Shown in pieces: positions 1-12,450 of a stretch of DNA of 64,000 nt (position 1 is the stretch's first letter; the number at the start of each line of letters is the position of its first letter). The position numbers and the translations under genes are program-made. The stretch is taken from NCBI RefSeq assembly GCF_044704955.1, contig NC_091998.1, positions 58,962,001 through 59,026,000 on the forward strand, written 5' to 3'. The DNA is from Pristiophorus japonicus (Eukaryota). The notes beneath the pieces are model-generated. The model had not been told where the DNA came from. It did no database searches and saw only the letters and a program-made list of their open reading frames with translations.

Positions 1-522
1 CAATCTTCCTGTTCGGAAGAAGAATTCTCTCCCGGTCACTGTCGCTCTTCCTTGCCCCGCCTCTATTCTCTCCCCGCCTCTCCTGACTCCCTGCACAGAG
101 GCTGACTCTTGGCTGGGATATATTTCTACAGGAGTCACTCTCCCCCCCCCCCCCTCCCCAGTACCTCACCAACTTGGCCATTCTTACTGTGAGGCCAAAG
201 TGTTGTCAGGCTATTCAGCCATGGGGGAGGCGCATCATAGCCCAGCCCGACTGATGTATATCCCCAGGATCACTAGATCAGGACCAGGAGCAGGGACCCT
301 GGCCATTTCATCTGCTCCCTGGCGGAGTGTTGCTGAGGCCAATTGTAATGCACCAGTGCCTGCCTTGGTTAACTTGAACCTGACGACCATCCAGCCTGAA
401 TGGCTCAATTCCATTCCAGATGGTGCATTTATCCAGTAATAACTGGGGAGCTGCACTTTTAGTAATCTTGGTCTCAATATATTCTGACGACAGTACTAAC
501 ATGTTCCCTCTTTAACTTACAG

Positions 523-1714
523 TAACACTGGATGTGAGGTACTACAAGACCGCTGTGAGCACAGAGAATGATTTGCCTGTTGTTCTGGGAATCAACAGGC
601 GGAATCTGTTCCTCTCTTGCACGGGATCACATGACAGACCCAGGATGCAGGTGGAGGTAAGGGATTGCACAGTTACCTGACAAATATCACGTCATTGCTA
701 CCTGGAGGCTCGGCCTCTTCTGCCAGCCTGCCTGTGTTCATTCTCTACAACTTACATGTGTCAGAGGATTCAGTCCATGTTTTGCAACCTTCCCTTCACT
801 CTGGCTGTGATGCCCCATGTCCACAATCTGACCAATTTCAACACTGGTTCTGCAGCTTCAGGGAAACCCCCTGCCCATATCTTACAGTCCATCTCCCCTC
901 CTCCTGAAGGTGCTGCCTCTCTCTGCGACACTGGTTCCATGGGTGCTGGCCACCCTCCACTCACTCGCCCATGGAGCCAATCCTCAGATAGTGTATCAGA
1001 AAGCTATTTAACCTGAGGGTGCAGCCCCATAGCCCAATCCTAGCCTGGCCTGACCTGATACCCAAACATGTACAATCTCCAGCAGGGATCGCTGCACAGT
1101 GATCAGGAGCTGGAACCCTGGCATTTTTCCCCCGCCCTATCCCAGGAATGCTCTGTCCTCTCTCCCCTTCCTGGCCAAGGTCAGCTGGCTTAGAATAGTC
1201 CCGGGATCAAGGGCAATCACCCTGTGCATTTGCAGACAGTCAGCTGACGCGGAGTCTGGGCGGAGCCCTAATATCAGGGTAGCAGCCCCGCCAGGCACAG
1301 GAGCTGAATTCCCCAAGAAGGGAATGGGACGGGAAAGGGATGGGCGGCATTAGGTCTGCCGACTCAGAACCTCCCACCAACATCAAGAAACCAGCCCCGT
1401 GCACGCCAACATATCCTGAAATAAAGACCCCTGCAGCTTTTTCAGCTGAAATATAAATGTATTTCAATGTGTTCCAACCGATGATGTTTCTATTTGCACA
1501 GAAATGGGACAAGACTCTGCAGAATATCAGCAGTGCTACCGACCTGCTCCGCTTCGTGTTCTATAAGAAGGATTCGAGTTCTGGCGAGGACTTTGAGTTT
1601 GAATCGGCGATGTACCGGGGCTGGTACATCAGCACGTCCAGAAAGAGCAAACAGCCTGTGGACATGGACCGGAAGGAGCACCGCAAGAGAATCACAATCT
1701 TCACAGCGGAGTGA
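523..1714 (+). CDS. il1b: Interleukin-1 beta-like gene, copy 1 (partial: exons 5-6; 5' part lies left of the window)
   Basis: Exon 5 523-656 (ttacag|...GTGGAG|gtaagg; TLDVRYYKTAVSTENDLPVVLGINRRNLFLSCTGSHDRPRMQVE). Exon 6 1502-1714 (gcacag|KWDKTLQ...RFVFYKK...FESAMYRGWYISTSRKSKQPV...TAE*). PVVLGI..NLFLSC and FES..GWYIST are IL-1 beta-trefoil motifs. Confidence 0.9.
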
Positions 1715-1918
1715 GACCATCCCGAGCTCTCCGCAGTTCACAACACAAACCAGGAGTAGTTGGTTTCGGGAGAGCGTGTGTATGTACTAAGTACAGAATT
1801 CGCAATCCATTGAATTACAATCATTTTGGTCATATTGGACTGAAAAGATTGATGTTGGAATATGTTGGTGAAACACAGGTAGCAATATTTGTTACTGCTT
1901 GACTTGTATATTATTTGC

Positions 1919-2068
1919 ATTTAAACTTTAGTGAAACGAAGGTGTCGTATTTTTGGATCGTGAGGACTAATGATTGTATAAGTTATTCAATATTATTATT
2001 TATTATTTAAATTATTGATCCATTTATTGCTATACTGGAAGAGAAAGCTTCTTCCTTGGTTGATTAAA
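1919..2068 (+). promoter_or_regulatory. 3'UTR AU-rich instability elements and ATTAAA poly(A) signal, copy 1
   Basis: ATTTA at 1919, 1998, 2005 and 2022, including TTATTTATTATTTAA. ATTAAA 2063-2068 is followed by a T-rich tract. Typical of cytokine mRNAs. Confidence 0.7.
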
Positions 2069-2294
2069 TTTTGAGTTTTCTTTCAAACACATTAGTTTCC
2101 TTTTTCATTTTCACACATTTCCTTAAAAATGTTGTTTGGGGTAAAAAAAAATGAAGCACGCACCATTGCTGCAGTAGGAAAAGCTCTTCCATTCCCAACT
2201 GATTCTTTGCAATCTCCACAGTCTCGCGTTTGCTCACTTTTCTCACCCTCTGTTGGGCAGCTCCAGAATGTTTGTTTTTACATTCTCTCCTGAA

Positions 2295-2705
2295 GAAAGA
2301 AAGACTTCCATTTCTATCGTCGCTTCCACCAGCTCAGGACGTCCCAAAGCCCTTCGCAGTCAATGAACCATTGTAATGTGGGAAACACAGCAGCCAAATT
2401 CCGCACAGCAAGCTCCAAAAACAGCAGTGCAGATAATGAGCAGATAATCTGATAGTTAGTGATGTTGATTGAGGGATAAATAATGGCCAGGACACCAGGA
2501 AAGCTCCCCCTGCTTTTCTTCAAATGGCACCGTGGGACCTTTTCTATGCACCTGAGAGGTGGGCCCTCACTTTAACCTCTCATTCAAAAGACGGCCCCTC
2601 CGGCAGTGCAGCACTGGGTGTCAGCCTGGATTGTATGCTGAAGTCTCCGGACTGGAGCTCCGGGACTGAGACGAGAGTGCTGCCACTGAGCCAAGGCTGA
2701 CACTC
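2295..2705 (-). mobile_element. tRNA-headed Deu-domain SINE (SacSINE1-like); paralogous copies ~20451-20861, ~38654-39064, ~55623-56033
   Basis: The reverse complement has a tggctcagtggcagcact head, a central gaggttaaagtgagggccc...ggtgtcctggcc...tttatccctcaatcaacatcact block and an L2-like tail. Homologous to the + strand copy at 49904-50350. Boundaries approximate. Confidence 0.7.
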
Positions 2706-3242
2706 GGCAGTATTGGGGGAGGTGCTGCATTCTTGGTCAGGTGCAGTTTCACAGGCGCTGACCATATTTCTCTATCTCAACTAAGTGACCATTCTTTGTG
2801 TATGTATACCAACAGTGTGGGGGTTGTTTCAGCTAAACGATAAAACCAGGCTCTAAATGGGTGAAACGCTAATAATAAATGGGTGACAATTTTGGTCCTA
2901 ATTGCTGATGGCCATAATTGGAACTTATGCCTGATTACCATAATTGGAGGCGCTAAACCAGAAACCGTCAGGTTTAGCACAAGTGCTGATTAGACTCAAT
3001 TTTAGTGAAGCAGTATATGTGGGCTCCTCGCACCCAATTCCACGGAAGATGAGGCGTGCGCTGACTGGCACACAGTGACACGTTGCAGGATGGCTTGGAC
3101 TGAGGGAGGGGGCACGCAGGTTTGTAAGAAATCTTTAAACCCAAAAAAATTGCAAGTTATAAAAGGGATAATAATTCTGCAAAGAGTAGTCTGCCAACTC
3201 AACAGATGAGGGCTCAACAACAACAACAAATTCTATTTATAT

Positions 3243-6200
3243 CATCATCATAGGCAGTCCCTCGGAATCGAGGCAGACTTGCTTCCACTCCTAAAGTGAG
3301 TCCTTTGGTGGCTGAACCATCGTACACGAGAGCCCCAGACCCTGTCACAGGGTGGGACAGACATTTGTCGGGGGAAGTGGGGGTGGGACTGATTTACCAC
3401 ACGCTCCTTCCGCTGCCTGCGCCTGACCACTTTTACACTCGTGGCGTTGAGATTCGAAGAGCTCAATGCCCTCCCGGATGCACTTTCTCCATCTCAGGCG
3501 GTCTTGGGCCAGGGACTCCCAGGTGTCAGTGGTGATATCGCACTTTACCAGGAAGGCTTTGAGGGTGTCCTTGTAACGTTTCCGCTGCCCAGCTTTGGCT
3601 CATTTGCCGTGAAGTAGCTCCGCATAGAGAAATTGCTTAGGGAGTCTCGTGTCTGGCATGCGAAATATGTGGCCTGCCCAGCGAAGCTGATCGAGTGTGG
3701 TCAGTGCTTCAATGCTGAGAATATTAGCCTGGGCAAGGACACTGATGTTGGTGCGCCTGTCTTCCCAGGGGATTTGCAGGATCTTGCGGAGACATCGTTG
3801 GTGATATATCTCCAGCAACTTAAGGTGTCTTCTGTACATCGTCCATGCCTCTGATCCATTCAGGAGGGTGGCTATTATGACAGCCCTGTAGACCATGAGC
3901 TTGGTGATAGATTTGAGGGCGTGGTCTTCAAACACTCTTTTCCTCGGGCAGCCAAAGGCTGCACTGGCGCACTGGAGGCGATGTTGAATCTCCACTTCAA
4001 TGTCTGCCTTTGTTGATAAAAGGCTCTCGAGGTATGGGAAGTGATCCACATTGTCGAGGGCCGCGCCATTAATCTTGATGACTGGGGGGGCAGTGCGGTG
4101 CGGCGAGGACAGGCTGGTGGAGGACCTTTGTCTTACGGATGTTAAGTGTAAGGCCCATGCTTTCATATGCCTCGGTGAATACATCAACTATATCCTGGAG
4201 TTCAGCCTCAGAACGTGCGCAGGCGCAGGCGTCGTCTGCGTACTGCAGCTCAACAACAGAGGTTGGGATTATCTTGGACCTGGCCTGGAGGCGGCGTAGG
4301 TTAAACAGCTTCGCACTGGTTCTGTAGATCCACTCCAGCGGGGAGCTTGTTGACTGTGAGGTTGAGCATGGCAATGAGGAAGATTGAGAAGAGGGTTGGA
4401 GCGATGACACAGCCCTGTTTGACTCCGGTCCGGACGTGGATTGAGTCTGTAATGGAACCAATGGTAAGGATCACGGCCTGCCTGTCGTCGTGGAGCAGGC
4501 GAAGGATGTTGACAAACTTTTGGGGGCATCTAAAATGGAGGAGAATGCTCCACATGCCCTCGTGATTGACAATGTCAAAGCCTTTGTAAGGTTGAAAAAG
4601 GCCATGTATAACGGCTGGCACTGCTCCCTGCATTTTTTCTGCAGCTGTCGCGCTGCAAAGATCATGTCTGTTGTGCCCCATAGAGGTCGAAATCCGCACT
4701 CTAATTCTGGGAGGAGCTCCTCGGCCACAGGGAGAAGTCGATTGAGGAGAACTCTAGCGACAACCTTCCCAGTGGCTGATAACAGGGAGATTGCCCTGTA
4801 GTTGCCGCAGTCGGACTTGACCTTTTTAAAGATGGTCACGATCGCTGCATCTCTGAGATCTCCCGGCATGCTCTCCTCCCTCCAAATGAGAGAGATGAAG
4901 TCATGTATCCGCACCAACAGCGCCTCTCCACCATACCTTAAAGCTTCAGCAGCAATTCCATCTGCACCCGTAGACATGTTATTTTTGTTCTGTTTTATGG
5001 CTTTGCCTACCTCATGCAGCATTGGCGTTTCACTGAGGTGGTGTCGGGTCGCATTCTGCGGGATGGAGTTGAGGACAATCGAGTCAAAGGCAGAGTCTCG
5101 ATTGAGGAGATCTTCAAAGTGCTCCTTCCAGCGGTCCCTGACAGCCCCGGTGTCCTTGATGAGTGTTTCCCCGTTCTTGGCCAGGAGTGGGGTGTGGCCT
5201 TGGGAGTTTGGACCGTAGGCGGCTTTGGACCATAGGCGGCGTTGACTGCAATGAAGAATCCTCGCATATCGTGGCTGTCGGCCAGTTGTTGTATCTCCTG
5301 TGCTTTCTCCATCCACCACCTGTTCTTTAGGTCCCGGGTTTTTTGTTGGACCTCAGCCTTGAGCCGTCTGTAATGTTGTTTTGCAACTCCCGAGTTGGGG
5401 TGTTACTTGAGGCTCAGAAATGCTCTCTGCTTATGATCTATTAGTTCTTGGATCTCCTGATCATTTTTATCAAACCAGTCCTGGTGCTTTCTGGTTGAGT
5501 AACCAAGTGTCTCTTCACAGGCACTGGTTATGGAGACCTGGAGGGAAGACCAAGCACTGTGCGCATTCAGCAACTCAGGGTATTCAAGGCACGCCAGATT
5601 AGCTGTGAGGCACTGGCTGTATACGGCTCTCTTAGCTGGGTTTTTAAGTGTCCTGGTATTAACTTTTTTGGCACTGCTTCTGCTGTCCCCTCTGCTTTGG
5701 GGTTATGTTTATATCGATGATGGATCGGATAAGGCGATGGCCGTCGAGCAGTCGTCAACTTCTGTCATGGCGCGGGTTATGCGCATAACCTTGCGATCCC
5801 TGGCTCGGATGATGACATCGTCAAGCAGGTGCCAGTGTTTGGAGCAAGGGTGTTGCCACGATGCTCTGTATTGTCCCTCAGGTGGAGCAGGCTGTTGGTG
5901 ATGAGGAGTTTATGTTCTAGACATTTTGTCAGGAGTAGGGTACCGCTGGAGTTGGCTTTCGCTACCCCCTCTCGGCCAATCACACCTCCCCAGAGGGCTA
6001 AATCTTTGTCGACCCTGGCATTAAAGTCATCTAGAAGGATCAATTTCTCGCTCATTGGGACGTGGGACAGGGATGTCTCGAGGTTGGAATTAAAAACTCT
6101 CTTTAGCCTCATCCGTTGCATCGAGTGTTGGGGCGTACACACTGATGACAGTGGCGCATTGGTTCTGGGATCGGGTATGGCGAAGAGTCATGAAGTGTTC

Positions 6201-7758
6201 ATTAACCCCGCAGGGGAAATCTTTGAGGCGGTTGACCAGTTGATTTTTGACGGCAAAGCCAACCCCATGAAGGCGGTGTTCTTCCTCTGGTTTTCCTTTC
6301 CAGAAAATGGTGTAACCTCCACCATGTTCCTTGATCTGGCCTTTCCCTGCCCGCCTGGTCTCACTTGGGGCGGCGATGTCAATGTCAAATCCTCTAAGTT
6401 CCCGGGCATCTATGGCCGTGCGGCGTTCCAGCCTGTTGCTGTTGTAATTGTCCATGAGGTTGCTGACGTTCCAGGTCTCGAACTTCATAGTTACGAAGTG
6501 GAAAATGCCTGTGTGTGAGTTCTTTTAACGTGGTGTGGCCGCTGCACACCGGCAACCACTCGGGCTTAGCTGAGCAGGGTCTTGGTTCGGCGGAAAGGGG
6601 GTTTAAGACGACTGGAGACTAGGCACTGCTGTATAAGCCTAATTGCCTACGGCGAGGTGTTGGTCGCAAGCTCAGCGCCGAGTAGTGCCATTGATGGTAG
6701 ATGGCCCGAGGCTTGGTTGGGGGATAGGTGTTAGGAAGGTCAGCAGTCCACTGGGGTTCCGAGGGATGTTTTGGAAAGTTTCTTCCAAGGTTAAAAATTT
6801 CCCCAAAGGTTTCCAAGTTGTTTTAAATGTTTGAATTTAGAAGTATTTCCAGATTATTTTTTTTAAAGTTACACAGGTTGATTGAAGGTTTAATAAATAG
6901 ATTAATAGTTCGTTAAAAGTTGATTAAAAAAACTCTAAACTGTAAATCAAGTTGTTTAAAAGTTAATGTTCACTGCTAGCGACCTAGGGCAGATACAGCC
7001 CGTCGGTGTGCCGGGCTGGCTGATTTAGGTGACCCCGAGTGCGAGGCTGGGTCAGGCCGGCTGGCCGAAGGGACCCAGAGTGCGTCGTTGGGCTGGGCTG
7101 GCTGGCCGAAGGGACCCGGAGTGTGTGGTTGGGCGGGGCCGGCTGGCCGAAGGGACCCGGAGTGTGTCGTTGGGCGGGGCCGGCTGGCCGAAGGGACCCG
7201 GAATGCTGAATGTACTCCCATGATGTACAAAGACCTGGATGGACCACACCTGGAGCACTGCGGGGAAGTAGAGGCCCAGTCATCTCCAGAGGGGGCCCGA
7301 ACGCCTGGACACCGCTGGGGAGAGGTCTCAACACTGCTGGGAGGCCAGCACCTTGGCCCGCTGCAATCCCGGGCCGAATGGCCTCCCCGCTCCCGGCCCG
7401 CGTAAAGCCGATTAGTAAACATCCACAGGGGTCTCAGCACTGAACCAAGCGGCTCCAAGCTCAGATCCCAGGAACTGCAAGAGGGGTATAAATGAAAAAG
7501 CTGACAAGGCCCTAGCACAGACGGTGGAGTGAAGGGCTCCCGAGAGTGGATCTATGGCCTAACACTCTTCCACCAGTGGACCCATGCTGACCCGAGTCTA
7601 ACTCTTGACGGCAACCCCTCCGGCCTAGCGACCCCTCCACTCACTGCACCCTCCCTCCTCTCTGCAGCCTGGTACCGCAGGCCTATACATTCGACAGCCA
7701 CTCCTAAGATATCCGCAGCCTCTCCTGAGCTATCCGCACCCACCGGCCAATCTCCTAG
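3243..7758 (-). mobile_element. RTE-clade LINE, long copy with frameshifted endonuclease-RT ORF (unit 1)
   Basis: Endonuclease N-terminus MKFETWNV...SETR (6090-6488); RT pieces NYRAISLLS...ECGFRP, GVKQGCVIAPTLF, LQYADD and LRWAGH. 3' tail (TGA)n reads atcatcatca on +. 10-bp TSD CTATTTATAT at 3233-3242 and 7759-7768. Confidence 0.9.
7059..7202. repeat. 41-bp GC-rich minisatellite (3 full units + partial)
   Basis: Unit ggctggccgaagggacccggagtgtgtcgttgggcggggcc starts at 7059, 7100, 7141 and 7182. Confidence 0.9.
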
Positions 7759-9002
7759 CTATTTATATAGCGCCTTTAACATAGTGAAACGTCCCAAGGT
7801 GCTTCACAGGAGAATTATGAGATTTTTAACAATTTGACACTGGGCCACATATGTATAAATTAGCTCAGGTAACCAAAAGCTTGGACAAAGAGGTAGGTTT
7901 TAAGGAGCATCTTGAAGGAGGAAAGAGAGGCGGAGAGGTTTAGCCAGGGAGTTTCAGAGCTTGAGGTCTAAGCAATAGAAGACTCGGCCACAAATAGTTG
8001 AGTGATTATGATCAGGGATGCTCAAGAGGTCAGAATTAGAGGAGCACAGACATCTCAGGGGTTGTGGGGCTGGAGGAGATTACAGAGATCGAGAGTAGAT
8101 AGGCTATAAAAGGATTTGAAAATAAGGATGAACATTTTCAAATCCAGGCATTGCTTAACTGGAAGCCAATGTAGATCAGCAAGTACAGGGTTGATGGGCG
8201 AGTGGGACTTGGTGCGAGTTAGAATGAGTTTTGGATCACTCTATTTTACCATAGGGGAGAATGTGGGAGGCCAGCCAGTAGTGGGTTGCAATAGTCAAGT
8301 CTAGAGGTAACAAAGGCATGGATGAGGGCTTCAGCAGTGGAGGAGCTGAGGTAGAGGCAGAGATGAGTGATGTTACAGAAGTGGAAATAGGCGGTCTTCG
8401 TTATGCTGCAGATACGTGGTCGAGAGCTCATTTCAGGGTCAAAGATGACACCAAGGTTGTGAACAGTCTGGTTCAGCCTCAGACAGAAGTTGGGGAGAGG
8501 CATGGAGTCAGTGGCTAAGGAACGGAGTTTGTGCCGGGGACTGAAAACAATGGCTTCAGTCTTCCCAATATTCAATTGAAGAAAGTTCTGCTCATCCGGA
8601 ACTGGATCTTGGACAAGCAGTCTAACATTTTGGAGACTGTGGAGGGGTCGAGAGAAGTGTTGGTGAGGTAGAGCTGGGTGTCATCAGCCTACTTGTGGAA
8701 ACTGACGCTGTGTTTTCGGATGATGTCGCCAAGAGGCAGCATGTCGATGAGAAATAGGAGGGGGCCAAGGATAGATCCTTGGGGGACACCAGAGGTAACG
8801 ATGTGGGGGAGGGAAGAGAAGCCATGGCAGGTGATTCTCTGGCTACGATTAGATGGATTAGAACGGAACCAAACGAGTGCAGTCCCACCCAGCTGGACGG
8901 TGGTGAAGAGGCTTTGGAGAAGATGGAATGGTCAACCGTGTTAAAGGCTGCAAACAGGTCAAGAAGGATGAGGAGGGATAGTTTGCCTTTGTCACAGTCA
9001 CA
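7759..9002 (-). mobile_element. L2-clade LINE 3' fragment (its extreme 3' tail is at ~3216-3242, split off by the RTE); copies 25937-27181 and 44195-45438
   Basis: ORF 8246-8575 NIGKTEAIVF...NLGVIFD...LIHAFVTSRLDYCN is the L2-type RT C-terminus. The uninterrupted tail caacaacaac..tatttatatagcgccttt is visible at 57997-58030. Confidence 0.85.
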
Positions 9003-9290
9003 GTCTTGCTGGTATTATTGAGTTATCTTAGCCCAGCCTTTTTAATGACTGATAGTTTCTGGGAAATAAAATGTTTGATTTTATTTTTATCTATTGAAAA
9101 CGCCCAAGTTCCCGCTCACTCCTCCCTTCCAGCCCTGACCTCATTCCTGCTACTTCAGGCGAGAGACAAATTTGAAAATTTAAATGAAGCCTCCCTCCTC
9201 ACCATCAGAATATTTTCCAATTACGGTTGTTGGAGTGTTAGTCTCTTTTTCGGGAGACTTAACAGCAAACTGCTTGCCAGTGAAATCTCG

Positions 9291-9431
9291 GGGTTGATTT
9301 TAACTCGGGCGGGATGAGGGGAGCCCGGAGCGGGCGGTGCACCTATACATCATGAAGGAAGTGAGGCCTGACTGATTTTAACCCCTCCCACACACTGTTC
9401 CTGCGCAGCGGGGTGGGGTTAACATCGACCC
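9291..9431. mobile_element. Possible short MITE-like element
   Basis: Imperfect 14-bp terminal inverted repeats gggttgattttaac / gttaacatcgaccc (2 mismatches). A related element lies at ~10218-10313. Confidence 0.35.
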
Positions 9432-9477
9432 CCCCCCCCCCCACATGTTTTGTGCCATTCATTTCAACTTTAGCTTT

Positions 9478-9830
9478 GCCCGATGGCTCAGTTGATAAAG
9501 GCAACATGAAGCTGAGCTGTACAGACCAGAGTGGTCTGAGGATTGAGCCCCAGTTTGTGCTGGGTTAGTTGATCCCACTAGGGGTAGCAGCAGGGATGTT
9601 ATGATTGGCCTAACGGCCTCTGGATTAGGGAGGGTTCCCATTCCCATTCACTGTCCAGCAATCCTTGCTGGGAAGGGTGGGTGTGTTGATGTTTGAGGAG
9701 GACAGGATCCGACTCGCCTGCTTACTGTCTGGGATCACACATGAGACCACTGGGGCAAGATATCTGAGGGCAGATACTGTACCTCAGCAAGAGTCGATGC
9801 CGTCAAGAGGGAAGGAAAGGGGAGAATTGA
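9478..9830 (+). mobile_element. Putative tRNA-derived SINE, family unassigned
   Basis: A-box-like tggctcagttg(a/g)taaaggc and a degenerate B-box-like ggattgagcccc; 3' boundary uncertain. Confidence 0.4.
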
Positions 9831-10621
9831 TTTAAAAATGTAAACCCCACAAAGTTGTTGGGGATAATTTTCTGGCAATGTGTTCCTAGCTCGAGACTCA
9901 CCAACAGGGGATCAAATATTGGACGTTTGTGCGCGAACTTCATGATTTACCGACTATTTACATTAATGATTTGTTAATCAAGCACAGTGCGTCCCATGAT
10001 TTTTGATGTAACCATTTTACTTATTTTCATAATTTGCAGACTTTTCATCATTTCATGTTGTGGTAAACCTCTCGTGTTACACTTTGCGGAAACTAGTGGC
10101 AAAGGAATTAAAACTTTCCATTAAGAAAGCAGCATGAGTCATTGTTTTATGGGAGATAGGGCTCAGGTAGGTGAAACAACGGCAGCAGTTAGGCCATGAA
10201 CTCTTTCACCGCCATTGGTCCCAATTTTAACTCGGGCAGGAATTGGGTGCTTGAGGCAAATGGCAAACCCATTTGAACTCATAGCCTTACCTACGAGCAG
10301 GGTTAAAATCGCCCTGACGTGTATCCGGGGTGGGGCAAGCCTAGATATTATCTGTGTGTGTAATAAAAACAGAAAATGCTGCAAATATCCAGCAGCTCTT
10401 CCGGTACCTGTTCTGAGAAAGGCTAGGTTCATGCGTCCATTGTTCAGCAGAACATGGTCGCCTCGCGTAGCATTAACTTGGCTTTTCTCATCATCGATTG
10501 CGATCGACCTGCTGTATATTTCAGGCATTATTGTTTCCAGTATTCCTTCTGTTTCTCATTTTAGAGATGGGTGCCACACAATTCCTCAGGAATTTACTCA
10601 GTAGGCGACTGTTGGAACCCT

Positions 10622-11085
10622 CATAGAATAGGGCTAGACCTGGTTACATAGGATTAGCGGGAGGCCATTCAGCCCCTCGAGTCTGCTCCGCCATTCACTT
10701 CAATCATGGCTGATCTGCACCTCACCTCCATTTCCCTTTCCTCCATATCCCTTGATTCCCATACCTAACAACAATCTCCCGATCTCAGCCTTGAAAGCTT
10801 CAATTAACATCCACAGCCTTTTGGGGGAAGAGAGGTCCAGATTTCTACTATTCTTTGAAAAAGTGCTTCCCGATTTCCCTCTAATTTAGTTATAATGTTG
10901 AGGTTGTGCCTCCTTGTTCAGGACTCGCCTGCCAGAGGAAATAGTTATCTACCCTATCAACCCCTTTAATAATAAACACCTCGATCAGATCACTTCCTCT
11001 ATACTCAAGGGAATACAAGCCAGAGGTATGAAACTTGTCCTCAGAATGGAACCCTCTCAGCCTCGGGATCATTCTGGTGAATCTG
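10622..11085 (-). mobile_element. Old CR1-like LINE 3' fragment (copies ~28798-29261, ~47041-47490)
   Basis: Reverse-strand RRFTRMIPRLRG...GLYSLEYRG.DLIEVF and the 3' motif gaggccattcagcccctcgag shared with the CR1 3' end. Confidence 0.7.
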
Positions 11086-11299
11086 CGTGGGGTCTTTGCC
11101 ATTCTGGCCATTTGAATTCCCGTCACATGGGCGGTCGGCTGCCAAAGATACGACCAAAATGGCAACCTGACCAACAAACTCCAGGGGTGTCACCAATGGC
11201 AAGCCCAACAGGAGCAGGTCCGGCTCTAACACATTCGCACCTAGTGCGAGAAAATGAAACACCTTTAACATCAGGCACTCCCACGATAGGTACGGAACA

Positions 11300-11540
11300 G
11301 GTTAGATACAGAGTAATGCTCCCTCTACACTGTCCCATCAAATGCTCCCAGGACAGGTACAGCACGGGGTTAGATACAGAGTAATGCTCCCTCTACACTG
11401 TCCCATCTAACACTCTCAGGGCAGGTACAGCACGGGGTTAGGTACAGAGTAAAGCTCCCTCTACACTGTCCCATTAAACACTCCCAGGGCAGGTGCAGCA
11501 CGAGATTAGATACAGAGTAAAGCTCCCTCTACACTGATCT
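11300..11540. repeat. ~68-bp tandem repeat, 4 unit starts (same in unit 2 at ~29476-29715)
   Basis: Repeated gttagatacagagtaaagctccctctacactgtcccatcaaacactcccagggcaggtacagcacggg. Confidence 0.9.
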
Positions 11541-12109
11541 GTCAATGTACGTCCGACCAAACTCTGAGAACATCGCTCACTGCCCAATAGAACATTGTTC
11601 CATTCCCCATACCTCTCGTCCTGTCGCCCATCTGAGTGAGACTCAGTAAGAAGTTAGGCAATAGCAGCCCATTAGAAACTGGGTTGAGGCCTCATGTAAC
11701 AAATAGTTTCACTCCATCAGTTTTAGGTGCATTTGAAGGGGAATTTGTTTTTATTCCTATCATCCAGTCTGTACAGAGTAAATGATCTGGTGCTCAGCAC
11801 AATTCAGGAGCAGGCAGCAGACATTTCCCCACAGCAAGATTTTCTATCCATTCATTTTAATGAACAGAAAATCATTTGATGTACATGTGCAATTTCACAA
11901 TTATGTGCTCTCGTCCTGTGACTAGAACTTAGAAGCGGAATTCTTACCCTGACAACTGACTTCCTTCAGTGTGACTCCAAATGGTGGAAGGTCAGTCTCT
12001 ATCCCACTGCACCACCAATGGGCCATCCTCCAATCAGATCAGCTGGCAGACTATGTACTCCTTAAATTAAATGCCTCAAGGTATACACGGTGAAACACAG
12101 AAACTTCGG

Positions 12110-12450
12110 CGTGCACTCCAGTGCTGAGGGAGCGCTGCATTGTTGGAGGTGACGTCTTTCGGATGAGATGTCAAAAAGTCTACTCTCTCAGGTTGACGTA
12201 ACAGGCCCTATGGCACTATTTCTAAAAAGAGCAGGGGATTTAACCCCAGTGTCCTGGCCAATATTTATCCCTCAATCAACATCACTAAAACAAATTATCT
12301 GGTCATTATCACATTGCTGTTTGTGGAAGTTTGCTGTGTGCAAAAATTGGCCGCATTTCCAACATTACAACAGTGACTACACTTCAAAAAGTAAAGCGCA
12401 TTGGTACCTTCGTGGTCGTGAAAGGCGCTATAGAAATGCAAGTCTTTCTT
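12110..12450 (+). mobile_element. Deu-domain SINE, head-truncated (copies ~30286-30626, ~48855-49200)
   Basis: gtgctgagggagcgctgcattgttggaggtg..ggatgaga...gtgtcctggccaatatttatccctcaatcaacatcact...gaaaggcgctatagaaatgcaagtct. Confidence 0.75.

Noticed and set aside
5829-6518. 229-aa + strand ORF (and copies at 23984 and 42188)
   Set aside because: Antisense shadow of the RTE endonuclease region; no independent protein features.
6976-7518. Pro/Arg-rich ORFs as an RTE ORF1
   Set aside because: They arise from the GC-rich 41-bp minisatellite, and frames and lengths differ among the three copies.
10914-11384. 156-aa ORF repeated in two units
   Set aside because: Spans antisense CR1 and minisatellite sequence and is disrupted in the diverged upstream region of copy 4.
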